From the NCBI GenBank assembly GCA_021775875.1, contig JAJFHA010000020.1, forward strand, positions 25,544 through 89,543: a DNA stretch of 64,000 nt. The letters are read 5' to 3'. Numbering within the stretch: the stretch's first letter is position 1; the number at the start of each line of letters is the position of its first letter. Under the pieces are notes generated by a model. It made no database searches. It was not told where the DNA came from and was given only the letters and a program-made list of their open reading frames with translations. Made by a program: the position numbers and the translations under genes. Below are positions 48,846-58,085 of this stretch, piece by piece. This DNA comes from Hyphomicrobiales bacterium (GTDB taxonomy: Bacteria > Pseudomonadota > Alphaproteobacteria > Rhizobiales > NORP267).

Positions 48846-49258
48846 AGTTCGATACCATTCTCCGCATCGGAACAAAGCTGTTCCTGCCGTTCATTCTAGT
48901 GTTTGCGCTATATGTTCAATTCCATGGTGATTATGGACCCGGTGGCGGATTTCAGGCGGGGGTCATCGCTGCGGCAATGGTAATTTTTTACGCCATTACA
49001 TTTGGTCTTGAAGCTGCCAAACAGGCAATGCCACCTTTGGTGCTGGAAGTCCTGATCGGTCTTGGCGTCTTTCTCTATACCGGCGTTGGTATTGTCGCCA
49101 TGCTCAAGGGCGGTGAATTCCTGAATTATTCGGCACTCAAACATGATCCGGTCCACGGTCAGCATTTGGGTATTTTGCTGGTTGAACTCGGCGTTCTGAT
49201 TACGGTTTTTGCGACGATGACCGCCATTTTCTACGCCTTTGTCGGCAGGGGGCGCTGA
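48842..49258 (+). CDS. mnhB: Mrp-type antiporter subunit B
   Basis: 138 aa with the HGDYGPGGGFQAGVI motif. Confidence 0.85.
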   Translation: MKFDTILRIGTKLFLPFILVFALYVQFHGDYGPGGGFQAGVIAAAMVIFYAITFGLEAAKQAMPPLVLEVLIGLGVFLYTGVGIVAMLKGGEFLNYSALKHDPVHGQHLGILLVELGVLITVFATMTAIFYAFVGRGR

Positions 49259-49623
49259 TGGCTGCGTTGCAAGAGCTGGTCAATCATTACAACCACTGGA
49301 TTGCGGTATTCCTGATGGTGGCCGGTCTTTATGTTGTGGTTGCGCGTGGCAACATGGTCAAGAAACTGGTCGGGCTGAGCCTTTTTCAGACCTCGGTCTA
49401 TTTGATCTATTTGACGCCCGGAAAAATCATCGGCGGGACCGCGCCTATTCTGTCTGACGAATTCACGGTCTATTCGAACCCGTTGCCTCATGTGCTTATC
49501 CTCACCGCGATTGTAGTGGGCATCGCGACGATTGCTCTTGGATTGGCACTTGTTGTGCGCATCAACGAAGCGTTCGGATCGATCGAGGAAGATGAGATTT
49601 TTGAGAAGGATGTCGAAGCATGA
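49258..49623 (+). CDS. mnhC: Mrp-type antiporter subunit C (NuoK-like)
   Basis: 121 aa with three helices. Its position and size match MnhC. Confidence 0.8.
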   Translation: MAALQELVNHYNHWIAVFLMVAGLYVVVARGNMVKKLVGLSLFQTSVYLIYLTPGKIIGGTAPILSDEFTVYSNPLPHVLILTAIVVGIATIALGLALVVRINEAFGSIEEDEIFEKDVEA

Positions 49624-51101
49624 TTGTCGACAATCTTCCTGCTCTCCAGGTCATTGTTCCACTGCTCGGTGCAATTTTGTGCGTGCTGGTGCGGCGCGGT
49701 TGGCTGGCCTGGTTCATCGCTCTCGTGGTCAGCTGGATTGTGCCTTTAATCGCTGTCGCGCTGATTTTGCAGGTGCTGGATGGCGGCGTGATTTCATACG
49801 CCATGGGGGGGTGGGCCCCGCCCGTTGGCATCGAATACCGCGTGGATTTGCTGAGTGCCTTTGTGCTGCTGCTGATTTCGATGGTTGGTGCGGTGATGCT
49901 GCCTTATGCGAATTTAAGTGTCGAATCTGAAATTTCCGACGGCAAACGCGCCTGGTTCTACGCGCTTTATTTGCTTTGCATGACAGGCATGCTCGGCATT
50001 TCCATCACTGGAGACGCTTTCAATGCCTTTGTGTTTCTCGAAGTTTCTTCGCTCTCCACCTACGCCATGATCGCGCTCGGCAAAGACCGCCGCGCTCTGC
50101 TGGCGGCGTATCAGTATCTGATCATGGGAACCATCGGCGCGACATTTTACGTGATCGCGATCGGCATCCTTTATACCATGACCGGTACGCTAAATATGGT
50201 CGATATGTCAGGCCGCCTTGGCGATGTTGCGACCGTGCGTCCCCTGTTTGCGGCACTCGCCTTCCTAACCGTTGGCATCAGTCTCAAATTTGCGCTGTTC
50301 CCCCTGCATAGCTGGTTGCCAAACGCCTATGCCTATGCGCCGACCTTCGCGACAGCATTCCTCGCCTCAACCGCAACCAAAGCCGCCGTCTATCTGATCT
50401 TACGGTTCTTTTTCTCGGTTTACGGCGTCGCGCTGGTATTCGGAATTCATCCGATTTCGGAAATGCTGATCGCGTTGTCGCTGATGGCGATGTTCGGCGC
50501 ATCTATTGTTGCAGTGTATCAGGACAATATCAAACGGATGCTGGCTTATTCTTCGGTAGCCCAGATCGGATATATCACTCTCGGCTTCGGACTGGCCAAT
50601 GTGCCTGGCCTCACCGGTGGCGTTGTGCATCTCGCCAACCATGCGGTCACCAAAGGGGCATTGTTTCTGGCGGTTGGCGGCATCGTCTACCGGATGGGTG
50701 CCGCGCATCTGGATGATTTCAAAGGGATCGGCAAAAAAATGCCACTCACCATGGCTGGTTTTACAATCGCCGGTCTCAGCATTATCGGTGTGCCAGGTAC
50801 AGCCGGGTTTATTTCCAAATGGTATCTGGCAATCGCGGCCCTTGAACATGGCTGGGGGTGGTTGGTGATGCTGCTCGTTCTCTCGTCTCTCATTTCAGTG
50901 ATCTATATTGGCCGGGTCGTAGAGGTTGCGTATTTTCGCGAGCCCGAAGGCAAAGTGATGAACGCAACAGAAATGCCGCTTTCGATGCTGATTCCGGCAT
51001 GGGTCATGATCCTGGCGACGATTTATTTCGGAATTGAAACAAGCTGGACTGCCGGCATCGCGTCACAGATTGCTACCGATTTGCTGGCGGGTGTCCAATG
51101 A
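49620..51101 (+). CDS. mnhD: Mrp-type antiporter subunit D (NuoN/NuoM-like), copy 1
   Basis: 493 aa polytopic protein. Has the proton-pump family pattern (FPLHSWLPNAY, LAYSSVAQIGY, HAVTKGALFL). Confidence 0.85.
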   Translation: MIVDNLPALQVIVPLLGAILCVLVRRGWLAWFIALVVSWIVPLIAVALILQVLDGGVISYAMGGWAPPVGIEYRVDLLSAFVLLLISMVGAVMLPYANLSVESEISDGKRAWFYALYLLCMTGMLGISITGDAFNAFVFLEVSSLSTYAMIALGKDRRALLAAYQYLIMGTIGATFYVIAIGILYTMTGTLNMVDMSGRLGDVATVRPLFAALAFLTVGISLKFALFPLHSWLPNAYAYAPTFATAFLASTATKAAVYLILRFFFSVYGVALVFGIHPISEMLIALSLMAMFGASIVAVYQDNIKRMLAYSSVAQIGYITLGFGLANVPGLTGGVVHLANHAVTKGALFLAVGGIVYRMGAAHLDDFKGIGKKMPLTMAGFTIAGLSIIGVPGTAGFISKWYLAIAALEHGWGWLVMLLVLSSLISVIYIGRVVEVAYFREPEGKVMNATEMPLSMLIPAWVMILATIYFGIETSWTAGIASQIATDLLAGVQ

Positions 51102-52642
51102 CCAGTCAAACCCTCATCATTCTGGCCCTCGTCCTTCCGGCTTTGACCGTATTGGTCATTCCATTATTTCATCGCCAACCGAACCTGCGTGAAACCATCA
51201 CCATCACTTCTTCGGGGCTGTTATTTCTGACAATCCTGATATTGCTGATCCGGGTTCTGGATGGCGAGCGGCCATCGATTGAGCTAATCCGGGTCGTGCC
51301 GGACCTGCCAATATCCTTTGCCATTGAACCGTTGGGGATGATTTTTGCTGCCGTTGCCGGGACGCTCTGGATCGTCAATTCGATCTATTCAATCGGATAT
51401 ATGCGCGGCAATAATGAGCCCCGGCAAACGCAATTTTATATGTGCTTTGCACTGGCAATTTCGGCCACCATGGGCATCGCCTTTGCCGACAATCTGTTCA
51501 CGCTGTTCCTGTTCTACGAAGTGCTGACCCTCTCCACCTATCCGCTGGTAACCCACAAGGGTAACGCGGAAGCCAAAGCCGGCGGCCGCAAATATCTGAT
51601 CATTCTGCTTGGCACATCGACGGTTCTGTTGCTGCCCGCGATCATATGGACCTGGTTTCTGACAGGTAGCATGACCTTCACAATTGGCGGTATCATGGCT
51701 GGCAAGGTGGATGGTCTGACCCTTGGCTTGTTGCTGGCGCTTTATGTGTTCGGGATCGGTAAAGCGGCCGTCATGCCGATGCATGGCTGGTTACCTGCGG
51801 CCATGGTAGCACCGACGCCGGTATCGGCCTTGTTGCATGCGGTTGCCGTCGTGAAGGCGGGTGTCTTCACGGTTGTCAAAGTCATTGTCTATATTTTCGG
51901 CATTGATTATCTGGCGGATACCGGGGCCGGAGACTGGTTGTTATATATCGCGGGATTTACCATTTTGATGGCCTCGGTCATCGCGCTCAGGCAGGACAAT
52001 CTGAAACGGCGGCTGGCATTTTCTACCGTCAGCCAGCTTTCTTACGTGGTTCTGGCAGTTGCGATCCTGTCACCAATATCGGCCATCGGCGCTGCGATGC
52101 ATATCGCGGCGCACGCCGTCTCCAAGATCACGCTGTTTTTCGCGGCAGGCTCTCTTTACACCGCCGCCCATATCACCAAAATTAGCCAGATGCGCGGCAT
52201 CGGCCGCAAAATGCCGTGGACGATGACGGCGTTCGCAATTGGCGGCATTTCGATGATAGGCCTGCCGCCAACCGCCGGGTTTCTCGGTAAATGGTTTATG
52301 CTCCAGGGCGCGATGGAAGGCGGCAAATGGGTTGCTGTCGGTATCATCATTATATCCACAATTTTGAATGCCGGATACTTCCTGCCGGTTATCGTGTCCG
52401 CGTTTCTGCGACCGGTGGATCCCAACGCCTCCAAGGACAAGGATATTGTCACCGATCACGGCGAAGCGCCGTTGGGGATCGTCATTGCATTGACACTGAC
52501 TGCTGCTGGAACCATCGCTTTGTTTCTGTTCCCTGGTCCGCTTTACGAATTGGCATCAGCGATGGTTGATATGGGGACCGAGGTCACCAATGTAGCGCCC
52601 GAACCACCGGCATTGCCTGTAGGAGGGAACAGCCATGAATGA
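51098..52642 (+). CDS. Mrp-type antiporter subunit D-like, copy 2
   Basis: 514 aa. Carries MPMHGWLPAAM, LAFSTVSQLSY and HAVSKITLFF. Confidence 0.85.
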   Translation: MTSQTLIILALVLPALTVLVIPLFHRQPNLRETITITSSGLLFLTILILLIRVLDGERPSIELIRVVPDLPISFAIEPLGMIFAAVAGTLWIVNSIYSIGYMRGNNEPRQTQFYMCFALAISATMGIAFADNLFTLFLFYEVLTLSTYPLVTHKGNAEAKAGGRKYLIILLGTSTVLLLPAIIWTWFLTGSMTFTIGGIMAGKVDGLTLGLLLALYVFGIGKAAVMPMHGWLPAAMVAPTPVSALLHAVAVVKAGVFTVVKVIVYIFGIDYLADTGAGDWLLYIAGFTILMASVIALRQDNLKRRLAFSTVSQLSYVVLAVAILSPISAIGAAMHIAAHAVSKITLFFAAGSLYTAAHITKISQMRGIGRKMPWTMTAFAIGGISMIGLPPTAGFLGKWFMLQGAMEGGKWVAVGIIIISTILNAGYFLPVIVSAFLRPVDPNASKDKDIVTDHGEAPLGIVIALTLTAAGTIALFLFPGPLYELASAMVDMGTEVTNVAPEPPALPVGGNSHE

Positions 52643-52874
52643 CCATTGGCTAGTGAGACCCGATACGATCCGGATGATATGGATCATATCGATCATCGTG
52701 CTGGCGCTCACTGTGTTGGCGGATTTCGTGGTCTCCCATCATCCCTATTTTGGCATCGACGGGACTTTCGGATTTGGCGCCTGGTTTGGTTTTGGCGCCT
52801 GCGTCATTCTGGTTCTTGGCTCAAAGGTTCTCGGGGCGATATTGAAACGACAGGACAGTTATTATGATGATTGA
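52635..52874 (+). CDS. small two-helix membrane protein within mrp cluster
   Basis: 79 aa with two hydrophobic helices. It overlaps both flanking D-like genes, consistent with translational coupling. Confidence 0.6.
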   Translation: MNDHWLVRPDTIRMIWIISIIVLALTVLADFVVSHHPYFGIDGTFGFGAWFGFGACVILVLGSKVLGAILKRQDSYYDD

Positions 52875-54549
52875 TATCCTGTTTCCACCGGGGTTGGTGC
52901 TGATACTGGCAGGCCTGATGTTGCCGCTGATGGGCGAGCGGTTCCGGGCACCGACAATTCTGATCGCGCCGCTTATCGCGTTTGCGATTGTATGGCTGTT
53001 GCCGTCAGGGCCGGTGCTCACGTTTCAGTATATTGGCTACGAATTGGTGCCGCTCAAAGTGGATTCCCTGAGCCGGTTGTTCGGGACGATTTTCACAATT
53101 ATGGCATTTGCGGGTGGGCTGTTTGCCCTGAAGCAGGAACGCGTTCTCGAACTGGCGTCCGCCTTCGTTTATGCAGGCTCGGCGCTGGGCGTAGTTTTCG
53201 CCGGTGACCTGATCACCGTGTTTATTTTCTGGGAATTGATGGCGGTCGCTTCAACCCTGTTGATCTGGTCAAGCGGCGGCAAGGCGCTCGCAGCGGGCCA
53301 GCGTTATGTGATGATACATTTGCTCGGTGGCGTCATTTTGATGGCGGGCATTGCGGGCGAAATTGTCTCTACCGGGTCAATCGCATTTGAAGCCATGGAC
53401 ACAAATTCATGGCCACGCTGGCTGATCCTGGCAGGGTTTCTTATCAATGCGGGTGCGCCGCCACTGGCCGCGTGGTTGCCGGACGCATATCCCGAAGCCT
53501 CTTGGTCTGGCACGGTGTTCCTGTCGGCATTCACGACAAAAACCGCTGTTTTTGTGCTGTTGCGTGGCTTTCCCGGTGCTGAAATTCTGATCTATATCGG
53601 GCTGTATATGGTTTTTTATGGGATCGTATATGCGATTCTGGAAAACGATATGCGTCGCATTCTGGCCTATTCCATCATCAACCAGGTAGGCTTCATGGTA
53701 ACCGGTATCGGCATCGGCACTGAAATGGCGCTCAACGGAACCGCCGCCCACGCCTTCGCTCACATTATCTACAAAGCCCTGTTGTTGATGTCGGCTGGTG
53801 CAGTGCTCTACCAAACAGGAAAGCGAAAATGCACCGATCTTGGAGGCTTGTTCCGAACCATGCCGATAACAGCTACCTGCGGTATTATCGGCGCGTTATC
53901 AATCTCCGCGTTTCCACTGACATCCGGCTTCATCTCGAAATCGATGATTAGCCAAGGTGCGGCAGACGAGCATATGATGATAGTCTGGATGTTGCTGGCG
54001 GCGGCCTCAGCAGGCGTTTTTCTTCACGCTGGCATCAAATTTCCCTGGTTTGTCTTCTTCCAGAAAGATTCCGGCATGCGGCCATCAGAACCGCCCCGCA
54101 GCATGCGTTACGCCATGTATATCATGTCTGTTCTGTGCATCGGTCTTGGCGTGTTCCCTGGCCCACTCTATGCGCTGCTGCCCTATCCTGTTGATTACGT
54201 GCCCTATACCGGCGCCCATGTGGTGTTCCAGTTGCAATTGCTGCTTTTTTCAGGGCTCGCCTTCTTCCTGCTATTGAATCTGCTGAAGCGTACCCTGACC
54301 ATAACGCTCGATTTCGACTGGTTCTATCGAGGCTTGGGCCGGGTGCTGGCGCGCGAATTTGACAATATGTCGATTGCCGCATGGACAGCGTTTGTCGAGA
54401 GCGGCTACCGCGCCGTGCAAAGCTTCATCTCAGCCATCTATCGTCATTATGGCCCCAACGGCATTCTGGCGCGGACCTGGCCGACCGGAAATATGGCTTT
54501 CTGGACAACCGCATTATTAGCGACATATTTGCTGATTTTCTTCCTTTAG
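52864..54549 (+). CDS. Mrp-type antiporter subunit D/A-like (NuoL/M-like), copy 3
   Basis: 561 aa. Carries LAAWLPDAY, LAYSIINQVGF and HIIYKALLLM. Confidence 0.85.
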   Translation: MMIDILFPPGLVLILAGLMLPLMGERFRAPTILIAPLIAFAIVWLLPSGPVLTFQYIGYELVPLKVDSLSRLFGTIFTIMAFAGGLFALKQERVLELASAFVYAGSALGVVFAGDLITVFIFWELMAVASTLLIWSSGGKALAAGQRYVMIHLLGGVILMAGIAGEIVSTGSIAFEAMDTNSWPRWLILAGFLINAGAPPLAAWLPDAYPEASWSGTVFLSAFTTKTAVFVLLRGFPGAEILIYIGLYMVFYGIVYAILENDMRRILAYSIINQVGFMVTGIGIGTEMALNGTAAHAFAHIIYKALLLMSAGAVLYQTGKRKCTDLGGLFRTMPITATCGIIGALSISAFPLTSGFISKSMISQGAADEHMMIVWMLLAAASAGVFLHAGIKFPWFVFFQKDSGMRPSEPPRSMRYAMYIMSVLCIGLGVFPGPLYALLPYPVDYVPYTGAHVVFQLQLLLFSGLAFFLLLNLLKRTLTITLDFDWFYRGLGRVLAREFDNMSIAAWTAFVESGYRAVQSFISAIYRHYGPNGILARTWPTGNMAFWTTALLATYLLIFFL

Positions 54550-54557
54550 AAACGTTC

Positions 54558-54644
54558 AGATTTTCAGTGGTTTCCTTGTTCAATTTTTAGGATTTCCCAG
54601 AATTTTGTCGGATTTCCGATGTAATTTGCTGGTGTTTCCGATTG
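54558..54644. repeat. four tandem ~20-23 bp direct repeats (aATTTt-n3-GGaTTTCC)
   Basis: The TTTCC cores start at 54571, 54593, 54613 and 54635 (spacing 22/20/22 nt). Each is preceded about 10 nt upstream by an ATTT(T) block. Confidence 0.8.
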
Positions 54645-54863
54645 ACATAGGTTAATGATCAGATCACGTACTAAATTTTGAATTAGGCTTTTTACTGGCA
54701 AAAATGAATAGCTAGCAAATATTTTCAATTAGATATTGAATATTCGAAATTAAATTGCTATTTGCCAGAAAAGCATTCTGTTGTATCCGAGACAATGGAA
54801 GCTGCGGGATAACTTTATAGATTCAATGTGAAAATTGCACCTATCTCGGAAAGGGCTAGAAAT

Positions 54864-55292
54864 ATGACAGATAATAGTGTTGAGCAAGATAGTATCTTGA
54901 TAGAATTAACATCAGATATTGTTTCAGCTTACGTAAGCAACAATTCAACTGTTGCTACCGAATTGCCAGATATAATTCAAAATGTACACACAGCTTTGTT
55001 ACAGGTCACATCAAGCTCCGTTGAAATTGAGAAAGAGCAGCCCAAACCTGCCGTTTCGATCCGGCGCTCGATCACGGATGATTATTTGATCTGTCTTGAA
55101 GACGGGAAAAAATTCAAATCCTTGAAGCGTCATCTGCGCACTCATTATGATTTGTCCCCTGAGGAATATAGAGAGCGTTGGAGGCTTCCGATTGATTACC
55201 CGATGGTAGCGCCCAATTATGCCCGTGCTCGTTCCGAGTTAGCAAAACAGATGGGACTTGGTAGAAAACGTGGCAGCAGAAATAGTTCCTGA
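54864..55292 (+). CDS. mucR: MucR/Ros family zinc-finger transcriptional regulator
   Basis: 142 aa from ATG 54864. [46 protein letters not shown] is the Ros/MucR signature. Confidence 0.9.
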   Translation: MTDNSVEQDSILIELTSDIVSAYVSNNSTVATELPDIIQNVHTALLQVTSSSVEIEKEQPKPAVSIRRSITDDYLICLEDGKKFKSLKRHLRTHYDLSPEEYRERWRLPIDYPMVAPNYARARSELAKQMGLGRKRGSRNSS

Positions 55293-55350
55293 TTTTGCCG
55301 CACTGTTGATGGCGGCAATGCTATCCTGTTGAAATGAAAAAATCTATTCA

Positions 55351-55383
55351 AGGTGTGCCGGCTAGTCCCGGTACACCTTTTTT
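55351..55383 (+). terminator. rho-independent terminator of mucR
   Basis: aggtgtgccgg-ctagtc-ccggtacacct forms an 11-bp stem with one G-U pair, followed by TTTTT. Confidence 0.75.
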
Positions 55384-55390
55384 ATTGGCA

Positions 55391-55960
55391 TCATAGATAG
55401 CGGATTTCCATAACAAGTGGTGCAATCCATTCGGCATCCATGTCGAACCAGACCGTGCCCCTGTCTGAAAGCGGCATGAGTGTTAGATTGCGTTCCTGCC
55501 ATGCGGCTCGTCCCAATACCAGCTGATTGGCGATAGTCATTACAAACACATCCCGGCCCTGGATTTCATCGTATTCTTCGCGGTCGAGCCGGTTGGCGAT
55601 CAATGTCGCACCTGCCCGGTATGGGCCAATCGCTCTGGATAACCGTACAGCAACAGGGTCTTGAGCCGGTGATGAGAGTGAAAGACGCTCCAGGTTGCTG
55701 GTATCAGACTCGGCATTGTTCAAGATACCGTCTGGTCCGAGATGCCCATAAACAGGTATTCCGCTAAGCCTTTTGTCTCTGATAAGGTCTACCGCCCGCA
55801 CGGAAAAAGCTTGCGCGAACCGGTCCAGCCAATCGGTGGAAACTGTCATGTTGGCGGTTTCAAGACGCTGTACGGTCTGTGCCGTTGTTCCCACAAGGTC
55901 ACCAACCTGTTGCAGGGTCCAGCCCCTGGCTTTTCTCAACTCTCTAATTCGCGTTTCCAT
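55391..55960 (-). CDS. XRE-family HTH regulator with LexA/S24-like C-terminal domain (no obvious catalytic Ser-Lys)
   Basis: 189 aa from ATG 55960, preceded by ggagaa. The HTH is IRELRKARGWTLQQVGDLVGTTAQTVQRLE. The C-terminal beta-rich domain lacks a G-x-S-M motif. Confidence 0.75.
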   Translation of the reverse strand: METRIRELRKARGWTLQQVGDLVGTTAQTVQRLETANMTVSTDWLDRFAQAFSVRAVDLIRDKRLSGIPVYGHLGPDGILNNAESDTSNLERLSLSSPAQDPVAVRLSRAIGPYRAGATLIANRLDREEYDEIQGRDVFVMTIANQLVLGRAAWQERNLTLMPLSDRGTVWFDMDAEWIAPLVMEIRYL

Positions 55961-56238
55961 ATTTCTCCCCGGTGCCGGTTCTGTTCTTTTTAACAAAATA
56001 GGAAAAAGTTATCCCCGTCTCTCACAAATAGCGTAAAAGTATAAAATAAGGATTTATTCCTACACTTTTAAAGAGAAAATAACAATTTATTGCACGTAAA
56101 GGTAGATAAAAAATGCATCATGTCGAACGCCTACGAAGAGCGGGTCCAAAAACTTCTAGTGTTTTTTTTGCTTCATTTACAGGGCCGGGAAAAAAGGGCC
56201 CAGTGACAAGGAAGCGCCAGGCGCGATCTCGAAAAAAT

Positions 56239-56619
56239 ATGAATCTGCCATCCACAGGGATTTCTGAAAACGGGCTTAAGTCATTATTGGCCGGTGTCGT
56301 TGCCGCAGCTTTTGATCTTCCCGTATATGAAATCACCTCGCCATCACGATGTCGCGCGCCAGTGGCTTTTGCCCGTCAGGTCGCAATTTACCTTGCACAT
56401 GTGGGGTTGGGGTTGAGTTTTACCGATACCGGTCGTGTGTTTCGCAGAGACCGAACAACAGTGGCTCATGCCTGCAAAATTGTGGAGGAGCGTCGCGACG
56501 ACGCCTGTCTTGATGCATGTCTGGATTATCTGGAAGCGGCATTACGGCTACGTTTGGACGCTAGGGAAAAATACCAGCGCACCCTCGAACACGAAAACTG
56601 TGACGGGGAGCAGTTATAA
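56239..56619 (+). CDS. DnaA domain IV-like HTH protein (GafY-like?)
   Basis: FARQVAIYLAHVGLGLSFTDTGRVFRRDRTTVAHACKIVEERR matches the DnaA C-terminal DNA-binding domain pattern. The start is uncertain: ATG 56239, or upstream to 56113. Confidence 0.6.
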   Translation: MNLPSTGISENGLKSLLAGVVAAAFDLPVYEITSPSRCRAPVAFARQVAIYLAHVGLGLSFTDTGRVFRRDRTTVAHACKIVEERRDDACLDACLDYLEAALRLRLDAREKYQRTLEHENCDGEQL

Positions 56620-57401
56620 TGGATAGACCAAACAACAGGATTATTCAGCGTGCTCTGCGTAAACTTGTACGTCTGCCATTGGGTATGTCGGCTGACAATA
56701 TAAACCAAGAAATGCTGGCCACGTTGTGGCGGCTTGATCTGGTGGATCACCAAAAAGACGATGATTGGAAAATCAGCGAATCTGGCAGGGCGTGGTTGCG
56801 CCGCGAAATGTCAGGGTCGGACCCTTGGCTAACTCAGCACCGCGATTTAGGCGAGGCAATCGTTGAGATTGATGGCAAACGCTGCAAAGTTGCCATCAAT
56901 CTGGAAGAATCGCCCCTGTCATGGCTTCGAAAAAGGAAAGGTGCGGGTGGCAAGCCATTATTGGATGACGCGCAATTCGCTGCTGGCGAGCGCCTCCGTA
57001 CAGATTTTACCCGTGCACAATTGACACCACGCGTAACTGCCGATTGGTCGGCAATGGCCAGAACCCAGACCAGACATAGTGGCGGCGCTGGAGGAGGTGT
57101 TGAAATGTTTGATTCAGTAGTCGCCGCCCGCCAGCGGTTTAACAAGGCTATAGAAGTGCTCGGGCCGGAATTGTCGCCAGCACTCATAGATATTTGTTGT
57201 TTCCTGAAAGGGCTGGAAATTGCTGAGCGAGAGAATAACTGGCCAAAGCGCTCGGCTAAACTGGTGCTCCAAATCGCGCTTTCCGGTCTGGCCCGGCATT
57301 ACGGCCTCTCGGTATCACCGAAATCTCAACATCGCCAAGTGTCGTACATGCGCCGCTGGGGAACACCCGACTATCGCCCTGAAATTGATCCTGAATTGTG
57401 A
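56619..57401 (+). CDS. hypothetical protein, DUF6456-like (GafZ-like?)
   Basis: 260 aa. Its start overlaps the preceding stop (TAATG). The family call comes from memory of the usual partner of DnaA_C-only proteins in alphaproteobacteria. Confidence 0.55.
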   Translation: MDRPNNRIIQRALRKLVRLPLGMSADNINQEMLATLWRLDLVDHQKDDDWKISESGRAWLRREMSGSDPWLTQHRDLGEAIVEIDGKRCKVAINLEESPLSWLRKRKGAGGKPLLDDAQFAAGERLRTDFTRAQLTPRVTADWSAMARTQTRHSGGAGGGVEMFDSVVAARQRFNKAIEVLGPELSPALIDICCFLKGLEIAERENNWPKRSAKLVLQIALSGLARHYGLSVSPKSQHRQVSYMRRWGTPDYRPEIDPEL

Positions 57402-57408
57402 AATACGA

Positions 57409-57837
57409 TTAGTGCGCCGGGCTGATTGCCTGGCGCGCATCGTGCTTTATCCGCTCGACCATCGAGAACAAACCGTTGGAGCGCTGGGGGGTCAGATGTT
57501 CCTTGAGACCCAGCTGGTTAAATATCTCCATTGGATCAGTATCGATGATCTCGGTAGCGGGCCGGTTTGAAAACATCGCGATCAGAATGGCAACAAGGCC
57601 GCGCACGATATGGGCATCGCTGTCCCCGATGAAACTCACCAGAGGTTCTCCCTGATCATTCTTGCTATATTGCGCGCTGAGCCAAACCTGGCTCACACAT
57701 CCATTAACCTTGTTGGCGTCCGTCCGCTCATCATCGGGCAGTGGTGACAACGCTTTGCCCAACTCGATGACATATCGGTAGCGGTCTTCCCAATCGTCGA
57801 GAAACTCGAAATCATCAATTATGGTACTGATCGACAT
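57409..57837 (-). CDS. sufE: SufE family cysteine desulfuration protein
   Basis: 142 aa from ATG 57837. Carries DDWEDRYRYVIELG and the active-site region VNGCVSQVWL. Confidence 0.9.
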   Translation of the reverse strand: MSISTIIDDFEFLDDWEDRYRYVIELGKALSPLPDDERTDANKVNGCVSQVWLSAQYSKNDQGEPLVSFIGDSDAHIVRGLVAILIAMFSNRPATEIIDTDPMEIFNQLGLKEHLTPQRSNGLFSMVERIKHDARQAISPAH

Positions 57838-57930
57838 GGTCCAATAAAGCTCCGCGAACAAGCATATGAAAAACTGCAATGTATATAGGGTTTAGCCGCA
57901 TGAATGGCTAATGGCGAAGCATTTATTGTG

Positions 57931-57987
57931 GGAAAAAAAGATGCGCCGCAAGCGATAAAGGGCAGGTGAAAACCGCTTGCAGCGCAT
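57931..57987 (-). terminator. rho-independent terminator downstream of 58086 gene
   Basis: Arms of 14 nt (57941-57954 and 57974-57987) pair at 13 of 14 positions around a 19-nt loop. On the minus strand the hairpin is followed by TTTTTTT. Confidence 0.65.
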
Positions 57988-58085
57988 GGCAGGTAGGTAC
58001 TGCCAATCTTGTCAGGCTCGTAGTCGCGAGAAGCCCTTATTCGTATCAAGTCTCGCGGAGCCAAATTCTATCAGTATGCAGGCCT

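Noticed and set aside
54558-54644. The tandem repeats as a CRISPR array or minisatellite.
   Set aside because: The units are about 21 bp and contiguous with no spacers, there are only four copies, and no cas genes are present. The data better fit a phased protein-binding array.
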